DNA of 64,000 nucleotides from Hyaloraphidium curvatum SAG 235-1 (lineage: Eukaryota > Fungi > Monoblepharomycota): the NCBI GenBank assembly GCA_025558095.1, contig JAIVFI010000005.1:496001-560000 (forward strand), given 5' to 3'. Positions 12,046-22,851 of the stretch are shown in pieces (position 1 is the stretch's first letter; the number at the start of each line of letters is the position of its first letter). The position numbers and the translations under genes are program-made. The notes beneath the pieces were generated by a model. That model searched no databases. It saw nothing but the letters and a program-made list of their open reading frames with translations, and was not told the origin of the DNA.

Positions 12046-13722
12046 ATGGATGCCGGCGATGTCCCGGCGAGGACACCGCGGCGGGGGGCGGCCGGCAGCC
12101 CGTGTGACGCCTCTCGGACACGGCCGCCCGGCATGCCGCGGACGGCTTCCGGCGGCCCGCTGAACGCCCCGTGCGGCATGCCGGCAGCCTCGCGGACCCG
12201 CCGGCGCACCGCATCGGCCTTCGGCGGGTTATACGGGACGCGGTGGGCGCTGCTCGGCCTGCTGCTCGCGGCACTCCTCCTCGGCCCCGTCGGCCCGCAG
12301 CACGCGGACGCGCAGGAGGACGTGTCAAGGCGCTGGCGCAAGCAGCAGGCCCCCGCACTCGCCGCGGAGCGCCTGGGCGCGGGGCCCGCGGGGGCGTCTG
12401 CGCGCGACTCCGACAGCCGCACCGCCGTGGCCTACATCGTGCTCTGCCACGACGTCGACTCGGTGCGCGGCGCCGCGGAGCTCTTCGAGGCCCTGTACAC
12501 GTCGCCGTCGCGGACCCGCTTCTACGTGCACATCGACCTGGACGCGCCGGCCGCCGCCGTCGCCCTGCTCAAGGACGTGGTGGCGCGGTACCCGCCCGAC
12601 GTCGCGGTCATGGTGCCGAGGATAAAGGTCGGCTGGGCAGACGTCACGATGGTGGACGCGGAGCTGTCGGCCCTGCGCGCGGCCTTCGAGTCGTGGGACC
12701 GCTGGTCGCGTGCCGTGGTGCTCTCGGGCACCGCGTACCCGATAAAGTCCTCGTGCGAGCGGGAGCGCTGGCTCCGGGACACGGACCCCAGGGTCAACCT
12801 GGTGCACTACGAGAAGCTGTGGAAGATCTGCGAGTGGGGCGACCCCGGCCGCGGCGAGCACTGCAAAAAGACCCGGGCGCGGTGCGAGGACGTCGAGTGC
12901 ACCAGGATGAGCAAGACCCCCGGGAACGGCGTGGTCTACAAGGGGCCGCAGTGGGTCATGGTCTCGCGGCCCTTCAGCGAGTACGTGCTGGAGCACCCGC
13001 TGCCCCGCGCGTGGCTCGAATTTTTCCGGTCCTTCTCCGAGGGGCCGGACGAGATGTACTTCCCCACGGTGCTCATGAACGGGCCCGCCGAGTTCCGCGA
13101 GTGGGCCAGCGTGGGCACGCCGCGCGGCACGCACCGGTGGGACCGCCTGCCGCCCTTTGCGGAGCAGGAGGCCTCGGGCACCGCCGAGGTGCCCGCCGAC
13201 GCCGGCCTGCCCCCCGCGGGCGGCCACCCGCCCCACGCATCGAACCACTCCCACATCCTGCGCACGCCGGCGCTCATGTACACCCTGTGGAACTCGGCGC
13301 GCAGGCTCGGCTGCCCGTCGTACCCCTCGGACTCGCCGTGGGGGTGGAGCCCGTGCTGGCTCGGCCGGGAGGACTTCCCGGACCTGGTGCGGAGCGACAG
13401 GCAGTTTGCACGCAAGATGCGCGCGGGGGAGGGGGTCAAGCGGTGGCTGGCGGCGGTGTGGAACGCGACGTGCACGTCCGGCGGCGAGCTCGGCGCGGAT
13501 CCGGGGCCGGACCCGTTCCTGGAGGGGTTCCGCGCGGCGAGAACGCACAAGCGCGACTTGGCGGCGTCCGAGGCGGCGCTGGGGGCCTACGCGTACACGG
13601 GGATGACGGCGCTGTCGCAGCGCATGCTGCGGTACGCGCTGCTGCTCACGGCGGCGGCTGCGCAGAACATCGCGAGGTTGGGGCGCAGGCTGATGCAGGG
13701 CAGGAGGAAGGCAAAGGCATGA
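12046..13722 (+). CDS. Glycosyltransferase family 14 (core-2/I-branching or xylosyltransferase-like), intronless
   Basis: TM anchor (WALLGLLLAALLLG), then VAYIVLCH, FYVHIDLDA, VGWADVTMVDAEL, LSGTAYPIKS, KGPQWVMVSRPF, PDEMYFPTVL and FARK. Start codon uncertain (12046, 12133 or 12178). Confidence 0.85.
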   Translation: MDAGDVPARTPRRGAAGSPCDASRTRPPGMPRTASGGPLNAPCGMPAASRTRRRTASAFGGLYGTRWALLGLLLAALLLGPVGPQHADAQEDVSRRWRKQQAPALAAERLGAGPAGASARDSDSRTAVAYIVLCHDVDSVRGAAELFEALYTSPSRTRFYVHIDLDAPAAAVALLKDVVARYPPDVAVMVPRIKVGWADVTMVDAELSALRAAFESWDRWSRAVVLSGTAYPIKSSCERERWLRDTDPRVNLVHYEKLWKICEWGDPGRGEHCKKTRARCEDVECTRMSKTPGNGVVYKGPQWVMVSRPFSEYVLEHPLPRAWLEFFRSFSEGPDEMYFPTVLMNGPAEFREWASVGTPRGTHRWDRLPPFAEQEASGTAEVPADAGLPPAGGHPPHASNHSHILRTPALMYTLWNSARRLGCPSYPSDSPWGWSPCWLGREDFPDLVRSDRQFARKMRAGEGVKRWLAAVWNATCTSGGELGADPGPDPFLEGFRAARTHKRDLAASEAALGAYAYTGMTALSQRMLRYALLLTAAAAQNIARLGRRLMQGRRKAKA

Positions 13723-13814
13723 CGGGCTCTCTGCGGGACATGGCGGAGCGGACACGGACAAGGTGCGAGTGCGTGAACCATTGGAAGCGGGGCCAGGGGC
13801 TGCGGGCAATCTTG

Positions 13815-15897
13815 TCAATCTCTTTCGAAAAAGACTACCACCTCCACGAGCTTGGTCTGCGGGAAGAGGTCCACGGGCACCGCCTTGGTCATCCGGAATG
13901 GCCTTCCGGGGAACTTGTCCGCAGTCGGGCGGCAGAGGCTGGAGATTGGGGATCAGCCAGTCTTCGGATACGAGACCTCGCAGCACGCACTCGATGAAAT
14001 TGCGGGACGCTGCCGCGGGGTTGCAGGCGACGTAGACGAGCTGCTTGAGGTCCGCGCAGTTGCGGATGGCCTTGGTCACCGAGGGGTGCACGCCCTCCCG
14101 CGGCGGATCCAGGACTGCGACCACCTTCTCCCCGCCCTTGAGCTTCCCAAACACCCCCGCGAGCGCGTCCTCGACCCTGGCGCAGATGTACTCCACATCC
14201 TCGCCCTCGCGGAGCCCGTTGACCTCGGCATTGATCGCGGCGTCCCGCACCGCGTCCGCCGACAGCTCCACCCCGACGATCCTGCGCGCGACCTTGGCCA
14301 TCGTGAGCCCGATCGTGCCCGTGCCGCAGCAGAGGTCCAGCAGGGTGGTGTCCCGGTCGGGCGAGAGGCCGCACCACTCGCGGACGATGCCGTACAGCTT
14401 CTCCGTCGCCGGCGTGTTGACCTGGAAAAAGGCGTTGGGGCTCACGCGGAACCTGAGGGCCCGAGTCAGCCAGCTCCGCGGGCCCATGCGACGGGCAGAC
14501 GAACCGGAGCCCGCAGAGATCCTCGTGCACGTATCCGTCGCCGATGAGGTCCACGAGGGGCTCCTTGTCCGTGAACCCGTTGAACACGCCGTCCCACTCC
14601 TGCCACATGAGCGACTTGAGCTCCACCTCGCCGGCCGATATCTTGCGCTCGAAAAACTCGGCGAGCAGGCGCTTTTCCTCGTCGAGGCGCTCGCGCGACA
14701 TGCCGCTGGGGTTGATCTGCACGATGGCCTGGTCTGCGAGCAAAGCGGGTCAGCGAGGGCCGCGACGACGATGCCGCGAGATGCGCACTTTCTCCGGACC
14801 AGAACGTCTTGACGACGAGCAGGCGCCACGTTCCGGTCTTGTCGATCCGGTCGTAAGCCTTCCACTCGTGCCCGTCGGCATACTCTTGCATCACGCTGCG
14901 TATGCGCAGGGCGGCCTCGGAAACGTGGAGGCACTCGGAGGCATCCTGTCAGCATAGGTCGATGAGCGTTCGAAAGCGATCGCGGCGTGCCAATACTCGC
15001 CAGAACAGCGGTGTACCCGTCCTTGACCAATCCGAGGAGAAAGCCCAGAGTCTGCTTGCCCCAGGGGTCGACGCCGAACGAAAACTCGCACTTGGTGCGG
15101 TAGTGCGTCTCGATCGGGGAGGGAACAATGTCCAAAAGCGGGCACGGAAGCCCACTGGCGACCAACACGCCGTCGTCCAACCACTGCATCGTGGATGCGC
15201 CCGCCGGGGCCAATTCCTTCAGCGATTTACGCACGCCGACGAGGACATCGCGGGCGACTTTGGTCTTTTCCGCCAGCTGCTGCGCGTACGGCATTCGCCA
15301 CAGCGGGGTCACCTGGTCCGCGAGGCGTTCCTGCGGAGTCCGCGAATCGTCCGGGGCCGCTTCGTTGCGGCTCTTCTTCATGCCCCGCCGCCCTCGCTGT
15401 GCGTTCCCGGTTCCGTTGGCGTTCGGCCTCCACGTGTCGTCGATGCTCTCCAGCTGGACCTGCTGGCCCTTCACGGAGACGTCGGCGAGCTTCTCCATCG
15501 CCCGGTCCCGATCCTCCTTGGACTTGAACGTCACGAAGGCATAGTTCCACTTCTTTGCCTTTTTGACCCGCGAGAGTTCGAAGCCGGCGCAGGCTGCCCG
15601 CACGTCTTGCTCGCTGGCCTTCGTAGGGAGGTTCCTCATTTGGATTTGGTAGCTGACACCCCCGGCACCTCCAGCTGACGCATCGGCATTGTTTGCAGGC
15701 TCAGTGTCCGCCTGATTAGGCCCGTCCGGTTCCGTTTCGTCGTGTTCCAGAGCTTCTTCCTCGCCGCCCTGTTCGACGTCCCCCGAACTGTCCATTCGGC
15801 GCTTCGTGTTGTCCGGATCCGGAAGCTTTCCTTCCGAATCGATTTCCACTTCTTCTATCGGTCTTTTCTTGGAGCCGAGCTCTGTATCCGGCTCCAT
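13815..15897 (-). CDS. TRM2: tRNA (uracil-5-)-methyltransferase TRMT2A/Trm2 with RRM
   Basis: RRM (KWNYAFVTF), DQVTPLWRMPYAQQL, YRTKCEFSFG, FRVSPNAFFQVNT, LLDLCCGTGTIG, AVLDPPREG, LVYVACNP and VDLFPQT..VE. Confidence 0.95.
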
Positions 15898-15975
15898 GTT
15901 GTGTGTTGACGACGGCGTCGGGAGCCGAACAGCAGTCGCAAAAGCGGCCCGAGCTTCGTGTCCTTTTCGAGGCCG

Positions 15976-17868
15976 ATGTATCGACAGGAGCCGTACGACC
16001 GCGGCCGCGAAGAGCGGCGGTACAGCGATGCGCCGCCGGAACGCCGGCAGAGCGACGTCTACGGCTCGAGGAACGAGGCGTACGCTCATCGGCGGCCGGA
16101 GGAGGACCGCCGGCACTACGACGCGCCGCAACAGCGCTACGACTCGGGCTACACTTCGAGGCAGGAATACGACGATTTTTCCAGGAACTTCGGCGACCGG
16201 CGAGGCTACCACGCCGAACGAGGGGACGGCTACGCCGACGGGCGCAGCTTGGACGGGCGGAGAAACGACGCTTACGCGGCCCAGCCCCACCATTCGTCCT
16301 CGAGAAGAAGCGATTACGATGACAGAAGGAACGAATGGGACGGCCGGCATGTTTCCGGTGGTCGGTGGCCCGCCGAAGGCTCGGGTCGGGACCATTACGG
16401 CTACCAGCGAGAGAGCGAGGACCGGCGCTTGAGCTACGACTCGCGCCCGCGGACGGACTCTGTTGCCTTGGACTATGACAGAGGGAGGTCGGGCTATGGC
16501 GATCTGCAAAGTCGGCGACCGTCGAGCTACGACTCGGGGAGATCCTACCATGGATCTGCGACGAGCCGTGATCGAGGCGAGCGCAGCCAAAGCTACGGAG
16601 CGCGGCAAGAGTTCCGAAAAGAGTCTCCCCCTTCCGCAAGAGGGCAGTCGCGGGACAGGGGAGGAGCGTCTCACCACTGGCAGCAACCACATGACGCACA
16701 CAGATCCTACGAACGAAGGGACAGACGTTCGCTTTCACCGAGAGGGCGCGCCGCCTATGATGCTACGCGACATGACTCCAGGGACGATTTGCGCGCCGGA
16801 TCTTACGCGCGCGGAGGGCCGGATGGGTACGAGCACCGCGGGCCCCAACCAGACAGATCGAACGAAGACCGATCGTGGCCGGAGGGGCGCGGCAGAGCAG
16901 GCTACGAAGACGATTATCGTCCACGTGAACGAACGGCGCAAGGAACCTCATACTCGAACGGATCCGGGAGCTACGATGACCGCGGCGAGCCGCCGCCGCG
17001 GCCCGAGGAATCCTCCTCTCCGGCCGATGCATCCGCGGATCTTGCGAACGTAAGCGCACAGGAGCTTCTGATGCAGCTGCTGTCCGCGGAGGACGGTGGC
17101 GAGTCTGTGCCGGAAGATCAGGCCCGGCCTCAGTACGAAACCTACACAATGAAGCCTGAACTCGACGGCAAGAAACCGTCGTTCCGGGACATGGACCCCT
17201 TGGTTCTGCCGGAAGGCGTCTCGGCGGAGAAGGCGGCCAAGCTGCGGCAAGCGCATCAGTCAAGGCTCCTGCAGTCCGAGCTCCACCGAAAGAGAGAGAA
17301 CGAAAGGGACCAAACGAAGACTCAATCTAGGAAGGTGACTGCGTGTCGCTTTGAGCTGAACGGACGCTGCACGAGCGGCTCGGATTGTGAATGGTCGCAT
17401 GACCCGGACGTCCTCGCGGAAGCCCGCCGAGCAAACGAGCGGCTGCCGGATGTGTGCAAGTACTTCAAAGTTGGGAGCTGCAACCGTGGAGCGGAGTGCG
17501 AATTCAGCCACGAGCTGAAGCACGAACCTTGCAAGTTCTACCACTGGTTCGGGCGGTGCAAGGGCGGCGACAAGTGCGACTTCTCGCACGCGCCGTTGAA
17601 CGAGCGGCAGCAGCAATGGGTGCAGAACCAGATGAAGAAGAGGCTCAAAGCCCAGGCATGCCGCTTTTATGCCGCGGGCAAGTGCAAAAAGTCGGATGAG
17701 GACTGCGCCTTTTCCCATGAACCTCTTACGCCCGAGCAAGCTGTTCGCCTGCAGAGGGACCTCGAGGAGGAAAGGCGTCGTGCTTGGAAGGAGGGACAGA
17801 GGAGGGCAGGGGTCGTTAAATCGGAGCCCCGGCCGGAGGAACAGGTACCCTTTGTTCCCGGCCTCTAA
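15976..17868 (+). CDS. CCCH zinc-finger protein (four C-x7/8-C-x5/6-C-x3-H fingers) with R/D/Y/S-rich low-complexity N-terminus, intronless
   Basis: CRFELNGRCTSGSDCEWSH, CKYFKVGSCNRGAECEFSH, CKFYHWFGRCKGGDKCDFSH and CRFYAAGKCKKSDEDCAFSH. Confidence 0.88.
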   Translation: MYRQEPYDRGREERRYSDAPPERRQSDVYGSRNEAYAHRRPEEDRRHYDAPQQRYDSGYTSRQEYDDFSRNFGDRRGYHAERGDGYADGRSLDGRRNDAYAAQPHHSSSRRSDYDDRRNEWDGRHVSGGRWPAEGSGRDHYGYQRESEDRRLSYDSRPRTDSVALDYDRGRSGYGDLQSRRPSSYDSGRSYHGSATSRDRGERSQSYGARQEFRKESPPSARGQSRDRGGASHHWQQPHDAHRSYERRDRRSLSPRGRAAYDATRHDSRDDLRAGSYARGGPDGYEHRGPQPDRSNEDRSWPEGRGRAGYEDDYRPRERTAQGTSYSNGSGSYDDRGEPPPRPEESSSPADASADLANVSAQELLMQLLSAEDGGESVPEDQARPQYETYTMKPELDGKKPSFRDMDPLVLPEGVSAEKAAKLRQAHQSRLLQSELHRKRENERDQTKTQSRKVTACRFELNGRCTSGSDCEWSHDPDVLAEARRANERLPDVCKYFKVGSCNRGAECEFSHELKHEPCKFYHWFGRCKGGDKCDFSHAPLNERQQQWVQNQMKKRLKAQACRFYAAGKCKKSDEDCAFSHEPLTPEQAVRLQRDLEEERRRAWKEGQRRAGVVKSEPRPEEQVPFVPGL

Positions 17869-17925
17869 TGGAGCGCGCATGCCATGTGCGAGAAGATCGA
17901 TGTAATGTAGAGCAATGTACATCGA

Positions 17926-19368
17926 TCACTCGTCAATCTCGCCCTCCTCCAACTCGCCGTCGGGCCGTCGCGGCTTGGCCGGAGATGACCAGCCATGCTT
18001 CGACGGGCAATTGGCATTTACGCAGAATCCAAGCACCTGGAAGGTACACAGATTCGGGGCGGACGTTAGCGGGGGAGCATGTGGTCGCGGCGGACCCGGC
18101 TGCCCGAACGGCATGCCAGGTGCACCGTGCTGCGGAAAGGTCAGGGCATGGAAGCAAGAGAACGGCGTCAAACTCACGGAACCGTAGCCGCCGGGTTCCA
18201 GAGGCCACGGCGGCGGAGGAGGTTCGTGACTGAACACTGAAGAGGGGTCAAAACCGTTCGGCACGGGCATCAGCGGAGCCGGAGCGTATCCCTCCCCAAT
18301 CCAGGGTTGGAAAGGCGCGGGATGATGTTGCTGGAATACGGACGTGATGTCCTGTATCGGAGGTCCCGGAGCAAAGTGCGGCTGCGGCCACGAGCTCTCC
18401 GGCGGCGGAAGGTATGCTCCCGGTTCCGCAAACTGCCCGTTCTGGAACGCGAAATGGGGCTGGGTGTCCATCCACTGGGCACGGCTCTGCGAGGGCACAA
18501 CTCCGCTTGCATGCCACGGCGTCTTGCCTTGCGCATGGTTCGGGCTGACCGGGGAGTTTCCGGGCCACTTTCCGTTCTTCAAGCGTTCCCGTTCAAACGT
18601 GGGTATCGGGCGGGCGTGAGGTTCCAGAACCTGAGGCTTGTTTTTCGCCTTGTTCTTCTTCTTCTTCGCCTTCGGGCCCTCGTTCGCTGGCTTTGGAGCC
18701 GGCGCGCCGGGAGCCGGGCCGGCTCGCTGGGAATCCGCAGAAGGAGTTGCAGCCGGCGGGGCCTTCTTTGTCTGCAGACTCGCAAAGACTTTCGCGCGCA
18801 ACGCGTCGAGATTTCCGAAATCCGGTGCGGCGAGAAACGTTGATGTCTCCGGAGGCACGCCCTCTCCCACGTCCGTCCCCGCAGACTGTTCCCCAGACAC
18901 ATGCGCCAAATCACCCGCAAGATCCATGGGATCCAATTGGGAACCCTCCGCCCCATCCCCGCCGTCCACCGTTGGCGATCCAGTGTCGAGTACCGAAGCC
19001 GCGACCGAAGGAGACTCAAGCAGCGCCTCAGGACCACGCACATCGAGGCCACCGCCGGCGGCTCCCTGATCCGCACCAGAGTCGGATGCGGGCGTTTCGG
19101 CAGAAACGACCCCGGTTTCCGAACTACCAGCCCCCGCCACAATCGGGAATCCACCCGGGGAAGGAGACATGCCCTCCAACTGGCCATCATTCGCGCTTGC
19201 CGGAGCTTCCGCCGCGGCAACAGCGGCTATGGAAGGCGCCGGCGACGCAACAGAAACGGCAGATCTTCCTTCCCCGGCTCCCCTACGAACCAAAGGAAAG
19301 GGGACCGCAAACCCGCGAGAGTCCCGGTACGGACACTTGTGACCATGGCGGGCTAGGTAGTCCGCCAT
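17926..19368 (-). CDS. Disordered protein with C-terminal zf-C3H1-type finger and EEGEI motif (Red1/ZFC3H1-like features)
   Basis: 480-aa ORF with LCTFQVLGFCVNANCPSKH near the C-terminus, terminal ELEEGEIDE and a basic NLS-like KAKKKKNKAK. The true start may lie in an upstream exon. Confidence 0.65.
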   Translation of the reverse strand: MADYLARHGHKCPYRDSRGFAVPFPLVRRGAGEGRSAVSVASPAPSIAAVAAAEAPASANDGQLEGMSPSPGGFPIVAGAGSSETGVVSAETPASDSGADQGAAGGGLDVRGPEALLESPSVAASVLDTGSPTVDGGDGAEGSQLDPMDLAGDLAHVSGEQSAGTDVGEGVPPETSTFLAAPDFGNLDALRAKVFASLQTKKAPPAATPSADSQRAGPAPGAPAPKPANEGPKAKKKKNKAKNKPQVLEPHARPIPTFERERLKNGKWPGNSPVSPNHAQGKTPWHASGVVPSQSRAQWMDTQPHFAFQNGQFAEPGAYLPPPESSWPQPHFAPGPPIQDITSVFQQHHPAPFQPWIGEGYAPAPLMPVPNGFDPSSVFSHEPPPPPWPLEPGGYGSVSLTPFSCFHALTFPQHGAPGMPFGQPGPPRPHAPPLTSAPNLCTFQVLGFCVNANCPSKHGWSSPAKPRRPDGELEEGEIDE

Positions 19369-19555
19369 AGCGACACGGGAGTGGATTCCACCACGCGCAG
19401 GGCGCGTCCTGCACCGGAGCGCTCTGGGAATGGTGCCCGGCCCGGGCTCTAACGTTGACTTGTTGATCTGTCACTTGCGGTCCCCACCACATCATCCTTC
19501 GTCCCCGCACCTTCGTCTTCCTGCATGTATTTCCTTCAGAGAAACAAAGAAATGA

Positions 19556-20343
19556 TCATGACAAAGATCCCCGATTGAACATCCCCGAGAGCTCGCTTTT
19601 GCTCTTTTTCTCGAGTTCCTTTCGCCGTTCCTTAATCTTCTGCAGCTCTGCCCTCGGCGCGGGATCCGCGGGATCCAACGCAACGACCTGCATTCGTCCT
19701 GGTCGTCCTCGTGGTCTGCTGTTTTGATGCTGCAACGTACCTTTTTGAAGTCAGCCTCCGCCAAGTCGAGATCATCGTTGCCGAGCTCCGCCATCGCACT
19801 GCGAAGTCCCCGCAGCGGTCTAGCCGTGGCCAACAACAGAGAGGCAACGACTCCCTACCGTCGGAAGAGAGCTTTTACGTTCTTGTCGTCCACATTGAGG
19901 GCTTGATCGGCTGCTCTGATGGCTTTGTTCCATTCCCCCAGCTTCAGCTGCACTGCGGCCATGTTCGAGTACACCGCTGCCAACTGGGTCTTGATGGAGT
20001 CCTTCTGACTCTGCTCAATCTGCCCCTGGGCGATACCCGGCACGGCCGAACCACTGGTGTCGAGCCCCTGCGATGACGGCCTGGGGGGTTAAGTCGTGCC
20101 GTGCGAAGGCTCCGAAGCCGTGGCCGCGCGCCGAACGGAACTAGGTCGCCGAATCGTTCCAAGCCCCATTGTCCGAGGCGGTGGCAAGGTCCGCTGCGCG
20201 TCCACAAGGACGCGTACCTTCAAGTGCAGGACTGCCTCGTGGTACAGTCGCAAAGCACCCTTGAGGTCGCCAGCTTTGAATGCAGCGTTCCCGGAGTCTT
20301 TTCTCGCGATGCCTTCCTTGATCTTGTCCTCTATTGCTGCCAT
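19556..20343 (-). CDS. TPR-repeat protein (TTC9/FKBP-type TPR), multi-exon
   Basis: KDSGNAAFKAGDLKGALRLYHEA, VYSNMAAVQLKLGEWNKAIRAADQALNVDDKNVKALFRR, DLAEADFKK and C-terminal ELQKIKERRKE..LSGMF. Confidence 0.88.
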
Positions 20344-20445
20344 GTTTCCGCGATGGCCCGGGAAGTGGTGTTGAGACGCGAGTTGAGACGCGTTGGACGT
20401 TCACGCGCCTCACCGGCTCATCTCCAGGTCCTGCAGTCGATCGCA

Positions 20446-20802
20446 ATGGCTCCGTTGAGCAGTCATCCGAAATACGAACAATGGAGCTCCGAAGCGCGGG
20501 ATGACGCGCGTCGCTTCGCACCCCTCGGTGCCGTCTTTGGAACCGCACTGGCCGCGACCGTAGCGCTCGCGCGGGGCAAGTCGCAGATCTTTGCGCTCCA
20601 AAACGTTGTGGCCTGTGCCTTGAGCGGTGCCACGTTTACGTACCTGGCCCACGAATGGAAGTTTGCAACCGGCATCCACGTTCGGATGCGCCAGGACCAG
20701 CTTAGGGCGTTGGAGGAGCGCGAAGCGCGCCTCAAATCGCAGCTCGGGGAGCTCGAGGGGCCGGAGACGAAAGGAAAGCCCGGAAGAAGCGATGCCGCGT
20801 GA
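20446..20802 (+). CDS. Small (118 aa) two-TM membrane protein with C-terminal coiled coil, function unknown
   Basis: ATG-initiated ORF filling the gap between the TPR and ArsB genes. Two hydrophobic segments (FAPLGAVFGTALAATVALA, VVACALSGATFTYLA) are followed by a charged helix. Confidence 0.6.
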   Translation: MAPLSSHPKYEQWSSEARDDARRFAPLGAVFGTALAATVALARGKSQIFALQNVVACALSGATFTYLAHEWKFATGIHVRMRQDQLRALEEREARLKSQLGELEGPETKGKPGRSDAA

Positions 20803-20809
20803 TATGGGT

Positions 20810-22638
20810 CTATTTGACGACGGCCATCTCGCCGGCCACGATCCCCGCCGCAATCGCGAGGACGGCCGGCATCGTCGCCACTCCGTGTTTGAAGAAAGCA
20901 GCCCAGCTCACGCGGAAGCTGAAGCGTCCCAGCACCGAGAGCCATATGAGCCCGGCGAGGGCGCCGATCGGGGTCAGGTTCGCCCCGAGATTCGACCCGA
21001 TGCAAAGTCCCCAGTATGCGCCCTGCTTGATCAGAGGCTCCGAAGCAGAATCCGCAAACTGGAGGAACAGCGGGTGCTCAATCACGAGCACAAAGAGGAT
21101 TGTCATTGGGAGGTTGTTGAAGATGTTCGAGGAGAGCGCGGAGAGGAAGCCGATCGAGAAAACGGCTGCGACAAAGTTGGGACAAAGGAAGGAAAAGGCC
21201 CACGCGAGGCGGCCCGTCCAGCCGAGGTAGTTCAGGGCTCCAACGAGGATGAAGAGCCTGCGAATTGTACGCGTTAGTTGTCTCATGAATGCCTCGACAT
21301 GGCATCCAATACGCACGAAAGGCAAAAGGGCGCAACCGCCCAGGGGAGTCTTGCCAAAGCAAGCGAAGTCCGCGGTAGGCGCGCCCGAACCGTTTCCACT
21401 GCTGTGAGCCAACGACTCCGGGGCTGAGAATCAGTGGCCTCCTCAATAACGGCGATCTCCTTGGTATCAGGGCTCGAACTGTCGGCTACCGGGATCGGCT
21501 CGGGGGCGACTACTTCCGGCGAGACGCGTCGAGACTGCCTGCTGTTGATACTTGCTGCTTCCAGCAAAGAGGGCACGCTGCTCCTTCGCTTCATTTCGCC
21601 GGAAATGGTTCCGGCGGCGGGTTCGCTGTCCAGCTTTCCGGCGACGGGTTCTCCATCCGTCTTTCCGAGCTCGACTTCCACGTCGCCGTCGCCAACCGGA
21701 GAGCTTCGTCTCGTGTCCAAAAGATCCCGCACGAGGTCCTTGCTGAGGACCAGCAACGCCCATGGTGCTGTCAAGAGCGCCACCGAGACGTGCTTGAAGA
21801 ATGACACGAGCAAAAGTGTGAGGAGGCAGGACACCATGCATGCGAGCCCGAACCACATGTCGATGGGGTCGTGAACTTGGTATTTCGTATCGTTTGCCAG
21901 TGAGCCCAGCACGTCCGGGATCGCGGCCGGTATTCGGTTCCGGAAAACAAGTAGCAGCAAGGCAAGGGTTGCTCCAGTGGCAGCCAGAGCGGGTAGGGCC
22001 ATCCAGGCCGTGTAGACTGCATAGGATATCTGGTTGGCCTGCGCAACGACGATGTTCGTCGGGTTCCCGATGACAAGGAACATAGAGGCGGTGTTGGCGA
22101 CTTGGAAAGTCGATACAAGGTAGGGGAAAGCGTCCGCGTCTATCAAGGTCGTGAAGTAAAGAATGATCGGCGTCAGGACCAGGACGACGACGTCGTTCGA
22201 GAAGATTGCAGCAACGACCGCCGTCAGGAGATAGATGTAGACGAAGAACTTGCGCCCCGACTTGCCGCCCAGAGTGGCGACCTTGAGGGCCAAGAAACCG
22301 AACAGGCCCGACAGCTCGATCGAAACCGACATGTACGACAGAGAAAAGATCAAAATGACGATCGCCCAGGGTTCCACGTCCCCGAAGCCAACAATTCCGG
22401 TTCGAACGACGGCAAAAGGTATCGCGGTGGTTGCCAGGAGAAAGAGAACTGCCAGCACCGGGGCCGTCGCCACGCCGAGCGGTATCCGGAACCATGGCGA
22501 CTGGCGTTGCCACGGCGGAACCGGGATCCGCACAGGGAAGAAGCAAAAGACCAGGGCACAGAGGAAGGCCGCGAGGGCCAGGTACGAGAACACCGTCAGC
22601 GGTTGCAGGTCTGCAGGAACGGTCCCGGAATCTGCCAT
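20810..22638 (-). CDS. ArsB/NhaD-family anion permease (arsenical pump membrane protein-like)
   Basis: About 12 TM segments with FSNDVVVLVLTP, NTASMFLVIGNPTNIVVA, SNIFNNLPMTI and IGSNLGANLTPIGALAGLIW. One intron near 21260-21313. Confidence 0.9.
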
Positions 22639-22851
22639 TCTGGCCGTCCCGGCGCGAAGGAATCCGGTGTCCTGTAGCCGGAGACAAGGGAGAGTGAAGT
22701 CCCGGTTCCCAGAGGCAAGTCCATAGCGCGCTATGCCTCTGGTTCTAGCATGGCGGTCAACCAGGGTTCGGGGCGACGAGCAACAAGGGAACGCTGCACG
22801 TGCACTTCACGCACGGCCGTTGCCGGCATCGCTGCAGAAGCCTCTCATACG

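Noticed and set aside
12325-16701. 1458-aa minus-strand ORF, the longest in the track
   Set aside because: It is a composite. Only parts (from 15897 down) are real TRM2 exons. The rest is stop-free antisense shadow of the GT14 and CCCH genes caused by high GC.
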